DNA from: Azolla caroliniana
Taxonomy: Eukaryota; Plantae; Polypodiophyta
NCBI GenBank assembly: GCA_043228905.1
Contig: JBHGNT010000008.1
Span: 10,292,001 to 10,356,000 of the forward strand
Reading direction: 5' to 3'
Length of the DNA: 64,000 nt
In this document: positions 25,350-37,020 of the stretch, in pieces
Layout of the letters: the number at the start of each line of letters is the position of its first letter
Position numbering within the stretch: position 1 is the stretch's first letter
Program-made: the position numbers and the translations under genes
Notes under the pieces: model-generated
Seen by the model: only the letters and a program-made list of their open reading frames with translations
What the model was told of the DNA's origin: nothing
Databases searched by the model: none

Positions 25350-26310
25350 TCATCTCGCCGGTGATTCTGCCCTTTCGCCGCCGCCTTCCTCTGCTTGGGA
25401 CTCACGTGGGCACTCGGGCCTGACTGCCATCGTCTCGGGAGCAAGTGTGGGAAGACACGAGGAATCGCCCGTCCATTCTTCGCACTTGTTCGTAGCCACC
25501 GACTCTTCGTGTTCGGCGGTCGTCTTCTTTCCGATCGCGCAAGCCCCGTCTAGGCTTGCTTCTCCAATGACTGGGATCTCGGGCTGACACGTCCGAAACC
25601 GCTGGTCCCAACGTTCCGGTTCTGCGATCGGTATCTCGGCCTCGTCCTTGGCCGTTCTATCTCCGCAAGTCGAGAGGGTGGCTCGTCCCACGCCCTCTCC
25701 CGTGGTACCGTGGTACCCTTTTCTTTCGGCCTCCTCATCCTCTGATCGCCTCCGGCCTGACTCCATAATAAGCCCTTCTTCGGCTTCGGTTTTCCCCTCT
25801 TCCTCGAGCATCGCTTTGAGCGCTGCGTATGCCTCCGCAATCCTCGCCCCAACGCCGACCCTTGCCGACTCTCCCTGCCGTTCGGCCTCTTCCCGCTGTG
25901 ATGGCACGTCGTCGCGTACCTTCCTCTTAGCCTTCTCGGCTTGCTCGTTGTCTAGCCTTTGGCACACCCTTCCGACCCTCGACCAGTCCTCCGTAAGCCT
26001 TTAGGAGCACCTCTTCGAAGGCCTCCCATGAACCACGAGCCTCACGGAGGTCCATTACTTCCGCAAGCATCCGGACAGCTATGACCCGGCAGAAGAACTC
26101 TAGCCTCAACGCCTCTTCTACGCCATGCTCTTCCATTTCCGCGTTGTAGGCTTCCAAGTAAGATGGGACTTTGTCCCCGTTGAAACGGCCGACTCTTTCG
26201 ACCACTCGCCCAACCGCTTGTTGCGCTGCTTCTCGCCTCATCACCACTCGTGCCGACTCCAACACCACTTCGGCCACCATCTCCGCAAGGTCGTCGTCTT
26301 CCGACTCCAT
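25350..26310 (-). pseudogene. E gag-like ORF remnants (internally deleted) followed by an acidic low-complexity extension
   Basis: VGRFNGDKVPSYLEAYNAEM...LRLEFFCRV is homologous to ORF 58386-59111. Confidence 0.75.
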
Positions 26311-27032
26311 CCTCCCTTGCCGCCTTTCACGTCGGGTTCACCAAAGATGTCGCGTTGTTACGCGCGTGCGTGGAGAAAGGCGGGACCACGGGGGTCTTGG
26401 ACTAGGGAGCGACGGAGCATAGGAAGTCGCACTTCACCGTTTCTGGGGCACCCTGAAACGCACCGGAAGCAGCCGAAGGGAGAGAGGGAGTGAGAGAGCG
26501 TGCTTGACACCGACTCATGCGTGCACACGCACACGCACACACACACACACGCCCTCTTGTACAGGAAACGCAGGGAAAGAGGGGAGCACCCGACACCAAC
26601 AAGACGCCAATATACACAGACAGACGCAAACGTATATGTATATATATATAAGAAGAATACACTCCCGGCTTCGAGCTGGACCAAGATAGTTTACAACAGT
26701 CGTCTGTTGTCAAGCCGCCGTCGGGGAGCTCTCGGGCTTGTCGCGCCGAGCGGGGTCTTGCACAGGAGATAAGCTGCAGCCAACCCTAAACGAACACGAA
26801 GGGGAAGAAGAAGAAGCAGAAGAAACCTAACCCTAAACCTACCGGTATACCCTCTAATCCAAAATGGGCAACCCCTTTACAAAGGGCGTTCCCTCCCTTT
26901 TATAGAACAAGGAAAGGAAGGCATTTCAATGTGGGACAAATCTCGACTTACATGGGATCGTTTGTCCCGACTTGACTACTCTTCGACGCCATAAAGGTGC
27001 CCTCGATATTCACACTAAATGTACATGGGTGC

Positions 27033-30000
27033 TGTGAAAGTGTTTTTAGAATCTAAGCCATTGAACATTAGGAGAATATAAAGTATAGATAATTCACCTT
27101 TTGAGGATAAGAACACGAACTAAGACCTTAGGGAAGAAGTCAAAAGTAAAAGTACGAGACCAAGAGAAAAGTAAAAAGAGAAAACGCAGACTATAAAAAA
27201 CAGTAAAAATAGAATGGTCATAACTCCCTCGTTGTTTATCCAAATATCACGTTTAAATATGGATTAGAAAGCTTGTAAAAAGAGCTTTCTATAGCTTTTT
27301 AAATCGCTTAATTTGGATATCGGATAAGGGAGATATGACGATTAGAAGGTCGATGTGTCATAGCTAAAAATAGGGAGATAAATGCTTCTAAAAATAGCAT
27401 GAACGTGGATAAGAAGAGGAAGGTTATAAAAGAAGAAGTGAGATTAGTGAGGTAAGGCGAAGAGGGAAGGCCAAAGAGTGGATGAGGAGTGTTAGGAAGA
27501 AGTGTCTTTGTGGAAGAGGAAGTGTCTTAGAAGAGGAAGGTCTTTGGTTTTAGTTCAATGTGGAGTTTGTCTCCTTTGTATTCTCTTGATGTTGGAATAT
27601 CAGAACATTCTTATTTCTTGCTCGCTTTCTCTATCTTTTTTCTTAGTTTCTTGAGTTATACTCTCTAATCATAATTACCTATAGCTATATAATATATTAT
27701 GATTTTCAACTCCATCTAATCGGTTTGGTCAAGCCCTCATATAGTGTATAACTATCTATTATCTTATACACCCTATCATTTTGGCGCTCCAGGGAGGGCC
27801 GATCCTTTCCGTATAGGAAGAGAAGTTATCATTTAATTGTGTTACTATATTACATTAACTTAGCTATGCAATTTGCATTTTCGGGTGAAAGAACACAAGA
27901 TGCTGGTGCCTTTTTGGCATGCTTTGAGCATCATGCCATATCTATTGGACGCATCACCGACAACGAAAAGTTGCCCTTGTTGGTAGCTACATTCTATGGT
28001 CGTGCTCGAGATTGGTATGACTCTCTTCCGCAAAATGAACAAGGAGAATATCAATTATTGGTGCATCAATTTCGTACAAGATATATTCAATGGAAAAGTG
28101 CAACTGAGGTAAGGGAGGAGCTTTTTCAACTAAAGATGGAATCACCTTTTGGTTTTTTAGAGTATGAACGAAATTTCCAAGAATTGTGGACGACGTGGAT
28201 TCGTCTTCGTGGTGGCACCGAAGACGAGTGGTTTAAGATAGAACAATTTAAGGTGGGCCTTGATATGCATTTCCGTTTGGAGGCAAGCTTGAAGGATCCA
28301 ACGACTTTTCAAGCTCTTCTCCAAGTTTGTCAAGATTATGATCGACAAGTGAAGATGATGAGTTCCATGGGGGATCCCCAAATGACGGCTTTGGGTGCAA
28401 ATTTGATGCCTCGTGCCAACTTTCAAGCCTTATCTTCAATTGTGCATGGTGGACAAGTGTTTCCAAATGTGTATACCACCACAACAATAAACCCAACAAG
28501 TATATCTCAAGAAGTGGAACAAGTGAAGAGTGAACAAGATACAATGGCGTTGGTGAATCGGCGCTTTGATGAAGTGATGGCCCACTTGCAACAATCCCAA
28601 GCAATTCGCAACACTATTCCCGATGGTGGTGGCTCTAGAGGGCATCAAGGTGTAATTTGTTATTCTTGTCAAGAGGAGGGACACTCAACAAGATGTCCTC
28701 ATCGACAACAAAGAGGTATGGAAAGAGACATGTATGAAGTGCAACGGAATGGACAACGACCTATCAACAATGGAGTCGAAGGAGGCGAATCCATAACACT
28801 TCCAATGACTCAGGTTCCTACAATTCCTCATAATGTGAATCTTCTTAATTTTATTGATGATAGTGATAGTGCTTGTGAAGTAGCTCTTGTGAAAAGGACA
28901 AGAGCCTCGCAAAAGGAGAAAGAAGTTGAAGGAGAATCTAGTGACTCAAGACAAAAGAAGAAGTCTAAGGAGAATGAGAAAGAGGACAAATTGAGAAGGA
29001 GACACTCTAGAAGGAAGATAAAGATGGAGGATATTCCTATGGGAGAAGGTGTAGAATCTTTCAATCGGAAGCATGAATTGATATCGAGTGGACCAAGGAT
29101 AACATGGCCGCAACTTCTCCAATTATCATCCACATTACAAAATGAGTGGGGGAGGCTTGTGAGTATTTGCCAAAGTCAAAAGACCGTGCATTACATGGGG
29201 ATCATGCGAGTAGAAGATCGAAAGGACATACGTCCAATCATCCCTGTCTCCATCAAAGGGGTTCACATCAAAGATGCCTTGGGTGATAGTGGTGCTAGGG
29301 TAAGCTTGATTTCTGAATTTGTAGTAAACAAAGTAGGAATTCCTATTAGTAGGTCATCTTCAACAAGGGTGGTTGTAGTAGATAGTGGAGTGGTGCATTG
29401 CACAAGCATAGTGGAGGATGTGTTCATCAAGTGTTTTGGAATAAGAGGAGAAGCTTGCAACAAATACCACATCAACTTGAAGGAAAGTGTATCAATTTCC
29501 CCAAAGCTTCGGCAATTGAGTGTTGAACAAAAGGAAGAATTTATGCAAGAGTTCAACGCATGGTTACAAGAAAGTTCCAATTATAAGATGGAAGATTTGA
29601 GGTGTGTGTCACCTATAGTTTTGGTTCCAAAGAAGAATGAGATCAATTTCAAACCCTTGAATGATTCGACCAAACGAGATGAATTTTCACTTCCTTCTCG
29701 AGATGAGATTGTCGATAAAATGGTTGTTTATACAAAACAAGGTAGTGTGGACAATATGTTGTGCCAAAAAGGATTTCATGTGGATGATTCAAAGATTAAC
29801 ATAATTACAAAGATGACAATTCTAACAAGTCTTGAAGCTTTGAAAGTATTTGTGCAAAAGGTGCGCTCGCTCGAAAGATTCATTTATATGTTGACATGCT
29901 TACTGCTATCAAGAGTGATGTATCCCATGGCCCTACTAGTCTTTGGAGAGTTAACGAAGACATAATGATTGTGGTAACCTCTTTCTTTGTGTTGACAAGG

Positions 30001-30963
30001 AGAAAGATGATGATGGAATTGTCAATGTGTGTGTGGGTGTGTCTAGGAGTGTGAGGTTTTTCCTACCGACTAGCGGGGGTTTTACTCACATAGTTTGTTT
30101 CTTTTTCTTCTCTCCTTCTTTGTCTATAGCCTACCATAAGGCGAAGGAGTTTTTTTTATTCTTTTTATCTTCGGCTCGCCATAAATGGCTTAGCCTCTAA
30201 CAAGGGGGAGGGCTAAATGTGAAAGTGTTTTTAGAATCTAAGCCATTGAACATTAGGAGAATATAAAGTATAGATAATTCACCTTTTGAGGATAAGAACA
30301 CGAACTAAGACCTTAGGGAAGAAGTCAAAAGTAAAAGTACGAGACCAAGAGAAAAGTAAAAAGAGAAAACGCAGACTATAAAAAACAGTAAAAATAGAAT
30401 GGTCATAACTCCCTCGTTGTTTATCCAAATATCACGTTTAAATATGGATTAGAAAGCTTGTAAAAAGAGCTTTCTATAGCTTTTTAAATCGCTTAATTTG
30501 GATATCGGATAAGGGAGATATGACGATTAGAAGGTCGATGTGTCATAGCTAAAAATAGGGAGATAAATGCTTCTAAAAATAGCATGAACGTGGATAAGAA
30601 GAGGAAGGTTATAAAAGAAGAAGTGAGATTAGTGAGGTAAGGCGAAGAGGGAAGGCCAAAGAGTGGATGAGGAGTGTTAGGAAGAAGTGTCTTTGTGGAA
30701 GAGGAAGTGTCTTAGAAGAGGAAGGTCTTTGGTTTTAGTTCAATGTGGAGTTTGTCTCCTTTGTATTCTCTTGATGTTGGAATATCAGAACATTCTTATT
30801 TCTTGCTCGCTTTCTCTATCTTTTTTCTTAGTTTCTTGAGTTATACTCTCTAATCATAATTACCTATAGCTATATAATATATTATGATTTTCAACTCCAT
30901 CTAATCGGTTTGGTCAAGCCCTCATATAGTGTATAACTATCTATTATCTTATACACCCTATCA
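27033..30963 (+). mobile_element. Element F: very young 3.9-kb non-autonomous (TR-GAG-like) Gypsy derivative
   Basis: 746-bp LTRs 27033-27778 and 30218-30963 look identical by eye. PBS-like TGGCGCTCCAGGGAGGG. PPT AAGGGGGAGGG. Perfect TSD GGTGC. Confidence 0.95.
27866..29965 (+). CDS. Intact 699-aa Gag-protease polyprotein with a vestigial RT tail
   Basis: FSGERTQDA...GRARDWY gag; CYSCQEEGHSTRC knuckle; ALGDSGARVSLI protease; SPIVLVPKKNE..FKPLNDSTKRDEFSLP RT remnant. No YxDD, RH or INT. Confidence 0.85.
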   Translation: MQFAFSGERTQDAGAFLACFEHHAISIGRITDNEKLPLLVATFYGRARDWYDSLPQNEQGEYQLLVHQFRTRYIQWKSATEVREELFQLKMESPFGFLEYERNFQELWTTWIRLRGGTEDEWFKIEQFKVGLDMHFRLEASLKDPTTFQALLQVCQDYDRQVKMMSSMGDPQMTALGANLMPRANFQALSSIVHGGQVFPNVYTTTTINPTSISQEVEQVKSEQDTMALVNRRFDEVMAHLQQSQAIRNTIPDGGGSRGHQGVICYSCQEEGHSTRCPHRQQRGMERDMYEVQRNGQRPINNGVEGGESITLPMTQVPTIPHNVNLLNFIDDSDSACEVALVKRTRASQKEKEVEGESSDSRQKKKSKENEKEDKLRRRHSRRKIKMEDIPMGEGVESFNRKHELISSGPRITWPQLLQLSSTLQNEWGRLVSICQSQKTVHYMGIMRVEDRKDIRPIIPVSIKGVHIKDALGDSGARVSLISEFVVNKVGIPISRSSSTRVVVVDSGVVHCTSIVEDVFIKCFGIRGEACNKYHINLKESVSISPKLRQLSVEQKEEFMQEFNAWLQESSNYKMEDLRCVSPIVLVPKKNEINFKPLNDSTKRDEFSLPSRDEIVDKMVVYTKQGSVDNMLCQKGFHVDDSKINIITKMTILTSLEALKVFVQKVRSLERFIYMLTCLLLSRVMYPMALLVFGELTKT

Positions 30964-31041
30964 GGTGCGTACACACGCTGCACCCCGCCGATGTAGCCAA
31001 TGTTTCCTGGTTTTCGCCTATGGCCGAAATTCTTCACGACA

Positions 31042-31685
31042 CTGGTATCTATCTGGGATATTGGAATGACATCGTCGTCTAGTGTCGGTACATGAGCTGG
31101 TGGTGTCGGTGGTCGTTCCTCCTCTTTTGGTGTCAGAGGTTTTTCCCGGTCTTCTGTCGCCGTCAGAGGTCTTTCCTGCTCCTCTTTCAGTGTCGGAGGC
31201 TTCTCCTCCTCGATATCCGGTGTCGGAGGTCTCTCGTCCTCGACTTCTAGTTCTGGAGTGCCGTCGACTTCCGGTACCGGAGGTTCCAGCCTCTTCAATT
31301 CTGGTTTCAGTGTCGGCAAGGTATCCGACTCCTCATCCTCTGGTCCACCTGGGGTGTCGTTATTGCTGCGGCAATTCGTCTGCGCGCTGTATTCCCCGTT
31401 TGAACCCGATTCAAACGCCGAAAATGCTTCGCATTCGCCTTCCCCCGCTGCCAATGCCTGGAGAAGGGATTGCGCTTCCCGGAGGTTGTTTAGGCTGTTT
31501 CCTTCGTCCAGGTAGGCGTTTTGTGGTAACCAAAGGGACTCCTTGGCCACTCTCCGGATCACCTTGGAAAATAAGTGATCTGTTCTGATTTCTTCTGCCG
31601 CTTGCTGGAAAGCTTCTCGCTTCCTCAGTCGTTCAACAAGTCTCCTTGCTCGCTCCGTAACCGGGTCGTTTGTTGGTCGCGTCAT
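31042..31685 (-). pseudogene. C gag N-terminal region / 5' ORF with ~11-aa ERPPTP repeats
   Basis: The ORF starts just after the C PBS and carries EDERPPTPDIEEEKPPTLKEEQERPLT... repeats. Confidence 0.7.
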
Positions 31686-33199
31686 CCATTCCCGCCGATG
31701 TTCGTTGCGATTGTGTAGGAATCGTGGTCGCCAAAAACTGTGTTAATCCTTAGGGCCGGACAATGGCCTAACACAGGGTATCTCCGAAAGACACCTCACC
31801 AAACGGGTGTTACAGCGAGATAACTTAAGACACAACAATCACTCCGACTTAATTGGCTACTTAGCAATAAGGCATTCACTTCATACACGCATAAGATATA
31901 ACAATTAATACAGAACGATAATCAATACATGAAGATAAAACAAGAAGCTTATATTAATTCTTCGTTAAAGTTTTACATTGTAACCTGGCCTTTATATAGG
32001 TCACCGGTGCCAACCGGCACCTGTTCGAAACCGGTCCGGATCCGGATCGGCATACCGATTCCGGTCCGTCCGTTCACTATATAATTATAATCTATTCTAC
32101 TTAATTAAAATATATTCCGAATAACCATTCTGGTCTTTAACTCCTTTGCCGGCCGGGTAACACATATGACACCAAACGCATATCATTTACATACAAATCA
32201 AGGTAATGACCTCATATACAAACGTAACATATGTTTGTGAACGTAATACGTAATTGAGGTATTAACCTCGTACACATACGACACTAATCACATATTAAAT
32301 ATATGTCAAATGAGGTATTGACCTTGTGCACATGTGTAAACGTTTTATATAGCCAATTAATTACCACTACAACATCATTGAATTAATGAAAAAACAATTA
32401 CATATGACCATATACATGATTAGAATGGAGAAGAAAAAATAGAAAAAAAAACAAGAAAGATTACCAAAGTTCCTTTGTTGATCGCTGTCTGGATCAAGGC
32501 TGACCGCACGTCGATCGATCACCATCCATCAAGAAGACAAAAACAAACAAAAGAAACATTAGAAACATAAGCTCTGATACCAACTGTTAGAGATATGATC
32601 TAATGTAAGTGTATGATAAGGAGACAAGAGTGATAGATAGATAGATAGATAGATAGAAAGGAGAGAGAGAAAGAAGGGTGTTGATCCACCCAACCAGCCC
32701 CGAGCGAAGGGATCGAGACAGACTCGAGTCTTGATCAGCGTCCCATACCACCGTCGTGGCATCGAGTCGTACCGGGTGCTCGCGCGCTCACTACAACAAT
32801 TGAACACACCACGAAACAGAGTCTCGACGTAGTCAAAAGATGATGAAATGAGGGTAGCTAGGCCTCTTATTTATATCGATATCCAAGGCCCCCAAGCAAG
32901 TTTACACTCGGCCTAATGGGTTGTCTCAATCTCGAGGATTAAAAGTAATACTGCCCTTCTTTACACTCTCGTTTAACCCTCACACTTATCCACGTGTATA
33001 GACTACTACAGTAAATTCTCACCACTGGATATTATATGGTCATGCCCGTAACACACCGCACAACATCCAAGTATCCTCCTACAATAGGAGTTGTTACATG
33101 ATCTGCAACAAGTTGTTTGCAAATAACTTGTCACTCTACTGCATATTCTTTGAGAAGCTTCAATTGTTCGCAAAGAGGTATGCTCTTGTTTATTATGTT

Positions 33200-33900
33200 T
33201 GTAAATGTTCTTGTTCTTGTTGTTGTTCTATCTAGTTTTTCAAATGTGCTCATTTGAGAGGCTTTCACATGTATATGCGTGAGTCTTGTACATGTTCACA
33301 TATGTAAAGGGTTGCTATGATGATATGATGTTATTTATATGTTATGTTCCTCAACATGTTCTTATGGAGTATGTTTGTTGTTGTTCTTGCTCTTGTTCTT
33401 TGTGTTCTTCTTGTTCTTGTTCTTGTTCTTCTTGTTTTCTCTAGTGTTCATCCAAGAGTCGAGATATGAAGCCTATACATGTAGGATGCTTGAATCTTGT
33501 ACTTATTCAGGGTTGGATATAGGGTGCATGATTTAGTATTGTTATGATGACATGTTCTTTTAAAAGGTTTTTTTCTTTATCTAGACTATTATGTCATGTT
33601 CTTGTTCTTTTTGTTGTTCTTGTGTATTTGCGAGTGGAGATTTAGTAATTCTATGATTTGTTTTTTTTTTAACTCGATTATTATGTCATGTCCTTGTTGG
33701 TGGTGTTGTTGTTGTAACATTGTTTTTATGCAATGTTCATTTGAGGGTCGTTGAATCTTGTACATGTATTGAATCATCTTCGCTTCTTCTTCTTCTTGGA
33801 ATCGGGGGTGCGTGATTTAGTATTGTTGTGTTGATAAGTCGTCGTCGTTGTTGTTATTCTTCTTGTTCTTGTTGATTTAGTATTGTTGTCTGGACATGTC
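33200..33900. repeat. Low-complexity TTG/TTC-rich spacer
   Basis: (TTCTTG)n and (TTG)n runs; GATTTAGTATTGTT recurs at ~33530, ~33814 and ~33874. Confidence 0.6.
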
Positions 33901-34360
33901 TGTAGTGTGGTAATCTGTTGCTCGATCTAGGAATGGTATTCTGCTATGTATATTTATCATTATATGAAGTACTAATTTATAGCTATGTATTGGGAGTTTG
34001 TTATAGAATAGACTGATTAAAGAGATTATTAAGCTGATATGCTTTTTAAAACTAATGGAAAGATATGTTTTCTTGAAAAAAAAACATAGATTATTAAGCA
34101 AGGTCAAAGAGCAACTAGATATTTAATCCAATCTCTAATTGCATATCCATATAATCTCTAGATAGAGCTCATAGACTATGCTCTTCTATAGAATGCCAAA
34201 ATGACTCAAATACATGAGTTTATGACCCACCAGATGATGGGATGCATGCATACGATTTACATCATGACTTGTTAACTAAAGTTTAAGACTGAGATAGGTA
34301 TAACATGTCTCATTACATGCACGAGTTCATAACACTCCCCCTCATCTCATCATCATTGTT

Positions 34361-36640
34361 TTAGCTCATCAGCCCTGATAATCTTCTCAGTCTAAGAGAA
34401 GGAATGTTCAACCAATGTTCTGATGCAAGTAAGCTTTTGGTAAAAATATCTGCCAAGTTCTTGCTTGTTGTAATAGGTTGAATGTTGATATAGTTATCAT
34501 TGAGCTCACGAGTAAAGAAAAACTTGGGAGAAATATGTTTGATTCGATCACCTTTAACGAAGCCCTTCTTGAACTGATTAATGCATGCATAATTATCTTC
34601 ATAGATAATTGTTGGTAATGAGGGACCGATAAAACTGCAAGAACTTTCAATATGCCAATTAATCGTTGTAACCATAGGCATTCTCAACTTGCTTCATGTA
34701 ATGCCAATATCTCAACATGATTTGAAGATGTTGCATCCAATGTTTGCTTTGTTGATCGCCAAGAGATCGTTGTGTCACCAACAAGGAAAACATAACTTGT
34801 TTTTGATCTGCCAACATGAGGGTCAGATAAGAACCCAATGTTAGAATAACCGGTTAATTGTTCGTCCATAGAACCGTTGGTAAAGAAAAGACCCATATCT
34901 TCAATGCCTCGTAAATATCGGAAAATCTGCTTAATTCCAATCTAGTGTCACTTGGTAGGATCGTGACCATACCGAGCAAACAAATTGACAGCGAACAAAA
35001 TGTCCGGACATGTACAATTAGCCAAGTACATAAGTGTACCAACAACAATGATACTATAGTGCCAATGCGGACTCATCAAAAGATCTTGGCCGAAATGGGT
35101 CATGAGAAGGGTCCAAAAAGCGCACTACCATAGGAGTTCTAATAGAATGAGCTTGATCCATAGAAAACCATTTTAATATTTTATGAATATAAGAGCTCCG
35201 ATGAAGAAGAATTCTATTAGATAGGTGCTCGATCTAAAGACCCAAGCAGAATGTAGTTAAACCGAGGTCTTTCATTTCAAATTGGTGGCTAAGCATAACA
35301 ACAACATCTTCAATAGCATTGGATGTTCCAATAATATTGAGATCATCAACATAAATAGCGATGATGACAAATTCTCTAAGATGATGTTTGATAAATATGC
35401 AAGGACAAATATCATCATTCTTAAATCCATGAGAAAGAAGATATTGAGAGAGATGTTGATACCACATACAACCAACTTGTTTAAGTCCATAAAGTGACTT
35501 ACATAACTTGATTAATGGATTGCGAAATTTTCCAAGTTGCATAGAGTTGCAAAGTTCTTCAAGTATCTTCATGTATATATCTTTATCCAAATCACCATAA
35601 AGATAAGTTGTAACCACATCCATGGGACACATATGAAGACATCGTTGAACAGTAAAATGAATCAACCAACGAAAACTCGTTGCATCCATAACAGGAGAAT
35701 ATATATCAACATAATCAATACCAAATCGTTGTGTGAAACCTTGAGCAACAAACCTTGCCTTATAACGAATAACTTCTCCTTTATCATTACACTTCCGCAC
35801 AAAAATCCAACAATAGACAACAAGTGTATGACCAATTGGCTTCTCTTGAATTTTACCAAAAAACTCATCATTTGAGAAGACTATTTTAGCTCAACCTAAA
35901 TAGCTTCTTTCCAGTTATCCCAAAAAGGAGATGATTTTGCTTCTTGAATAGTTTGAGGATCCTATTCATTCACAAAAGTTGTTGTGACATAGAAAATGAA
36001 GATATCATTAATCTCTTGTCTTGTTATTAACTTAGAATTAGCATAATTAGCAATCAGAGACTCTTTATTAATTGTCCTATTTGATACAGTTATAGGAACT
36101 TCAATTTTAGCCTTAGTTGTTGGTTTTCATTTTCTTAATTGTTTATCTTTTGCTCCAATAGGCCATCTACGCTTCCTTTGAGATTCTACAACGTGTGCCG
36201 ATGATTCGTTAATCGAAATTCGAGCAGGCACATTCATATAGGATTAATGTCAAAGACCTTCATATTGAAAGTGTCAACAAAAGCATCTGGTGCATTGTTG
36301 GCAATACTTTGTAGATGTAATATTTGTTGAATTTCTTTCTCCCCCTCTCTAGTATAAGGATTTGGTGTTATTGGTTTATCCTTGGGCCAATTAAACATTA
36401 CAATTCGATCAATCTTTCTTGATGTTTCTCTTTTCTAGTTATCTTCCCCTAAAATTAGGAAAGTTGATTCATCAAACTAGCAGTCGGCAAAGTGAGTTGT
36501 AAATAAATCTCCAGTTGAAACCCACATAAATTTCAAGACGACATTGAGGACCAAGTTTCCTACGGTAATGTGGAGAAATAAGAACACAAATTGCACAACC
36601 AAATACGCGTAAACGAGAAACAGAGGGTGGAAAACCTGTC
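34361..36640 (-). pseudogene. G integrase C-terminus, RT and RNase H (decayed)
   Basis: KARFVAQGFTQRFGIDY, YVDDL, TSSNHVEILALHEAS. Confidence 0.88.
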
Positions 36641-37020
36641 ATTGTCATGATATGGGAAGACTCACACCCATGACCTTATGTTAATGGGTTGAGCGCTTGA
36701 CCATTAGACTATATGTTGTAATACAAAGGATATTATTTTCATTTAAGTTTTACTATAGAAAATTGATGTATATTCCAGATTTCTCTAGAACATTCTAGAA
36801 ACTTCAGGAGTACTCCTAAGAACATTATAAAAGGAGGCACAAAGCATTATTTCGAACCAAATCGGTTCAATGCTAGTCTTAAGCCTCCTAAGCTACTATT
36901 GTATATTCTCTTAACATAATATATATCTTTTGTTATCATCATTCTCTCTCTCGTTCTCTCTCTCCTTCTCTCACTCTTTCCTTCTCTTGAGAGTTCTACA
37001 CCTCCCATAGTACTGAGTCT

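Larger units (their letters stand above)
22367..31041 (-). mobile_element. Element E: non-autonomous gag-only LTR element, tRNA-Trp PBS, 4-bp TSD; its 5' LTR is split by F
   Basis: LTRs 22367-23129 and 26348-27032 + 30969-31041. PBS TGGTGAACCCGACGTGAA (-, ~26326-26343). PPT GGTGGGGGTGGA (-) next to 23130. Flanks CCGG/CTGG. Confidence 0.9.
8192..32162 (-). mobile_element. Element C: non-chromovirus Gypsy (Athila/Phygy/Selgy-like, no extra RNase H seen) with a long 3' extra ORF, inserted in the B leader
   Basis: LTRs 8192-8630 and 31741-32162. Perfect TSD CATAT. TATA (CCTATATAAAGG) and gag-pol are on the minus strand. PBS TGGCGACCACGAT at 31721-31733 (-). Confidence 0.93.
1641..33053 (-). mobile_element. 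Element B: full-length decayed chromovirus Gypsy, same family as A, carrying nested insertions
   Basis: LTRs 1641-2099 and 32585-33053. tRNA-iMet PBS (GCTCTGATACCA on +, 32571-32582). PPT at ~2101-2112. Flanks CACGG/CACCG give a 4/5 TSD match. Confidence 0.88.

Noticed and set aside
23122-25600. Many overlapping ORFs in the GC-rich interior of E
   Set aside because: GC-rich repeats lack stops; no RT, RH or INT motifs recognised.
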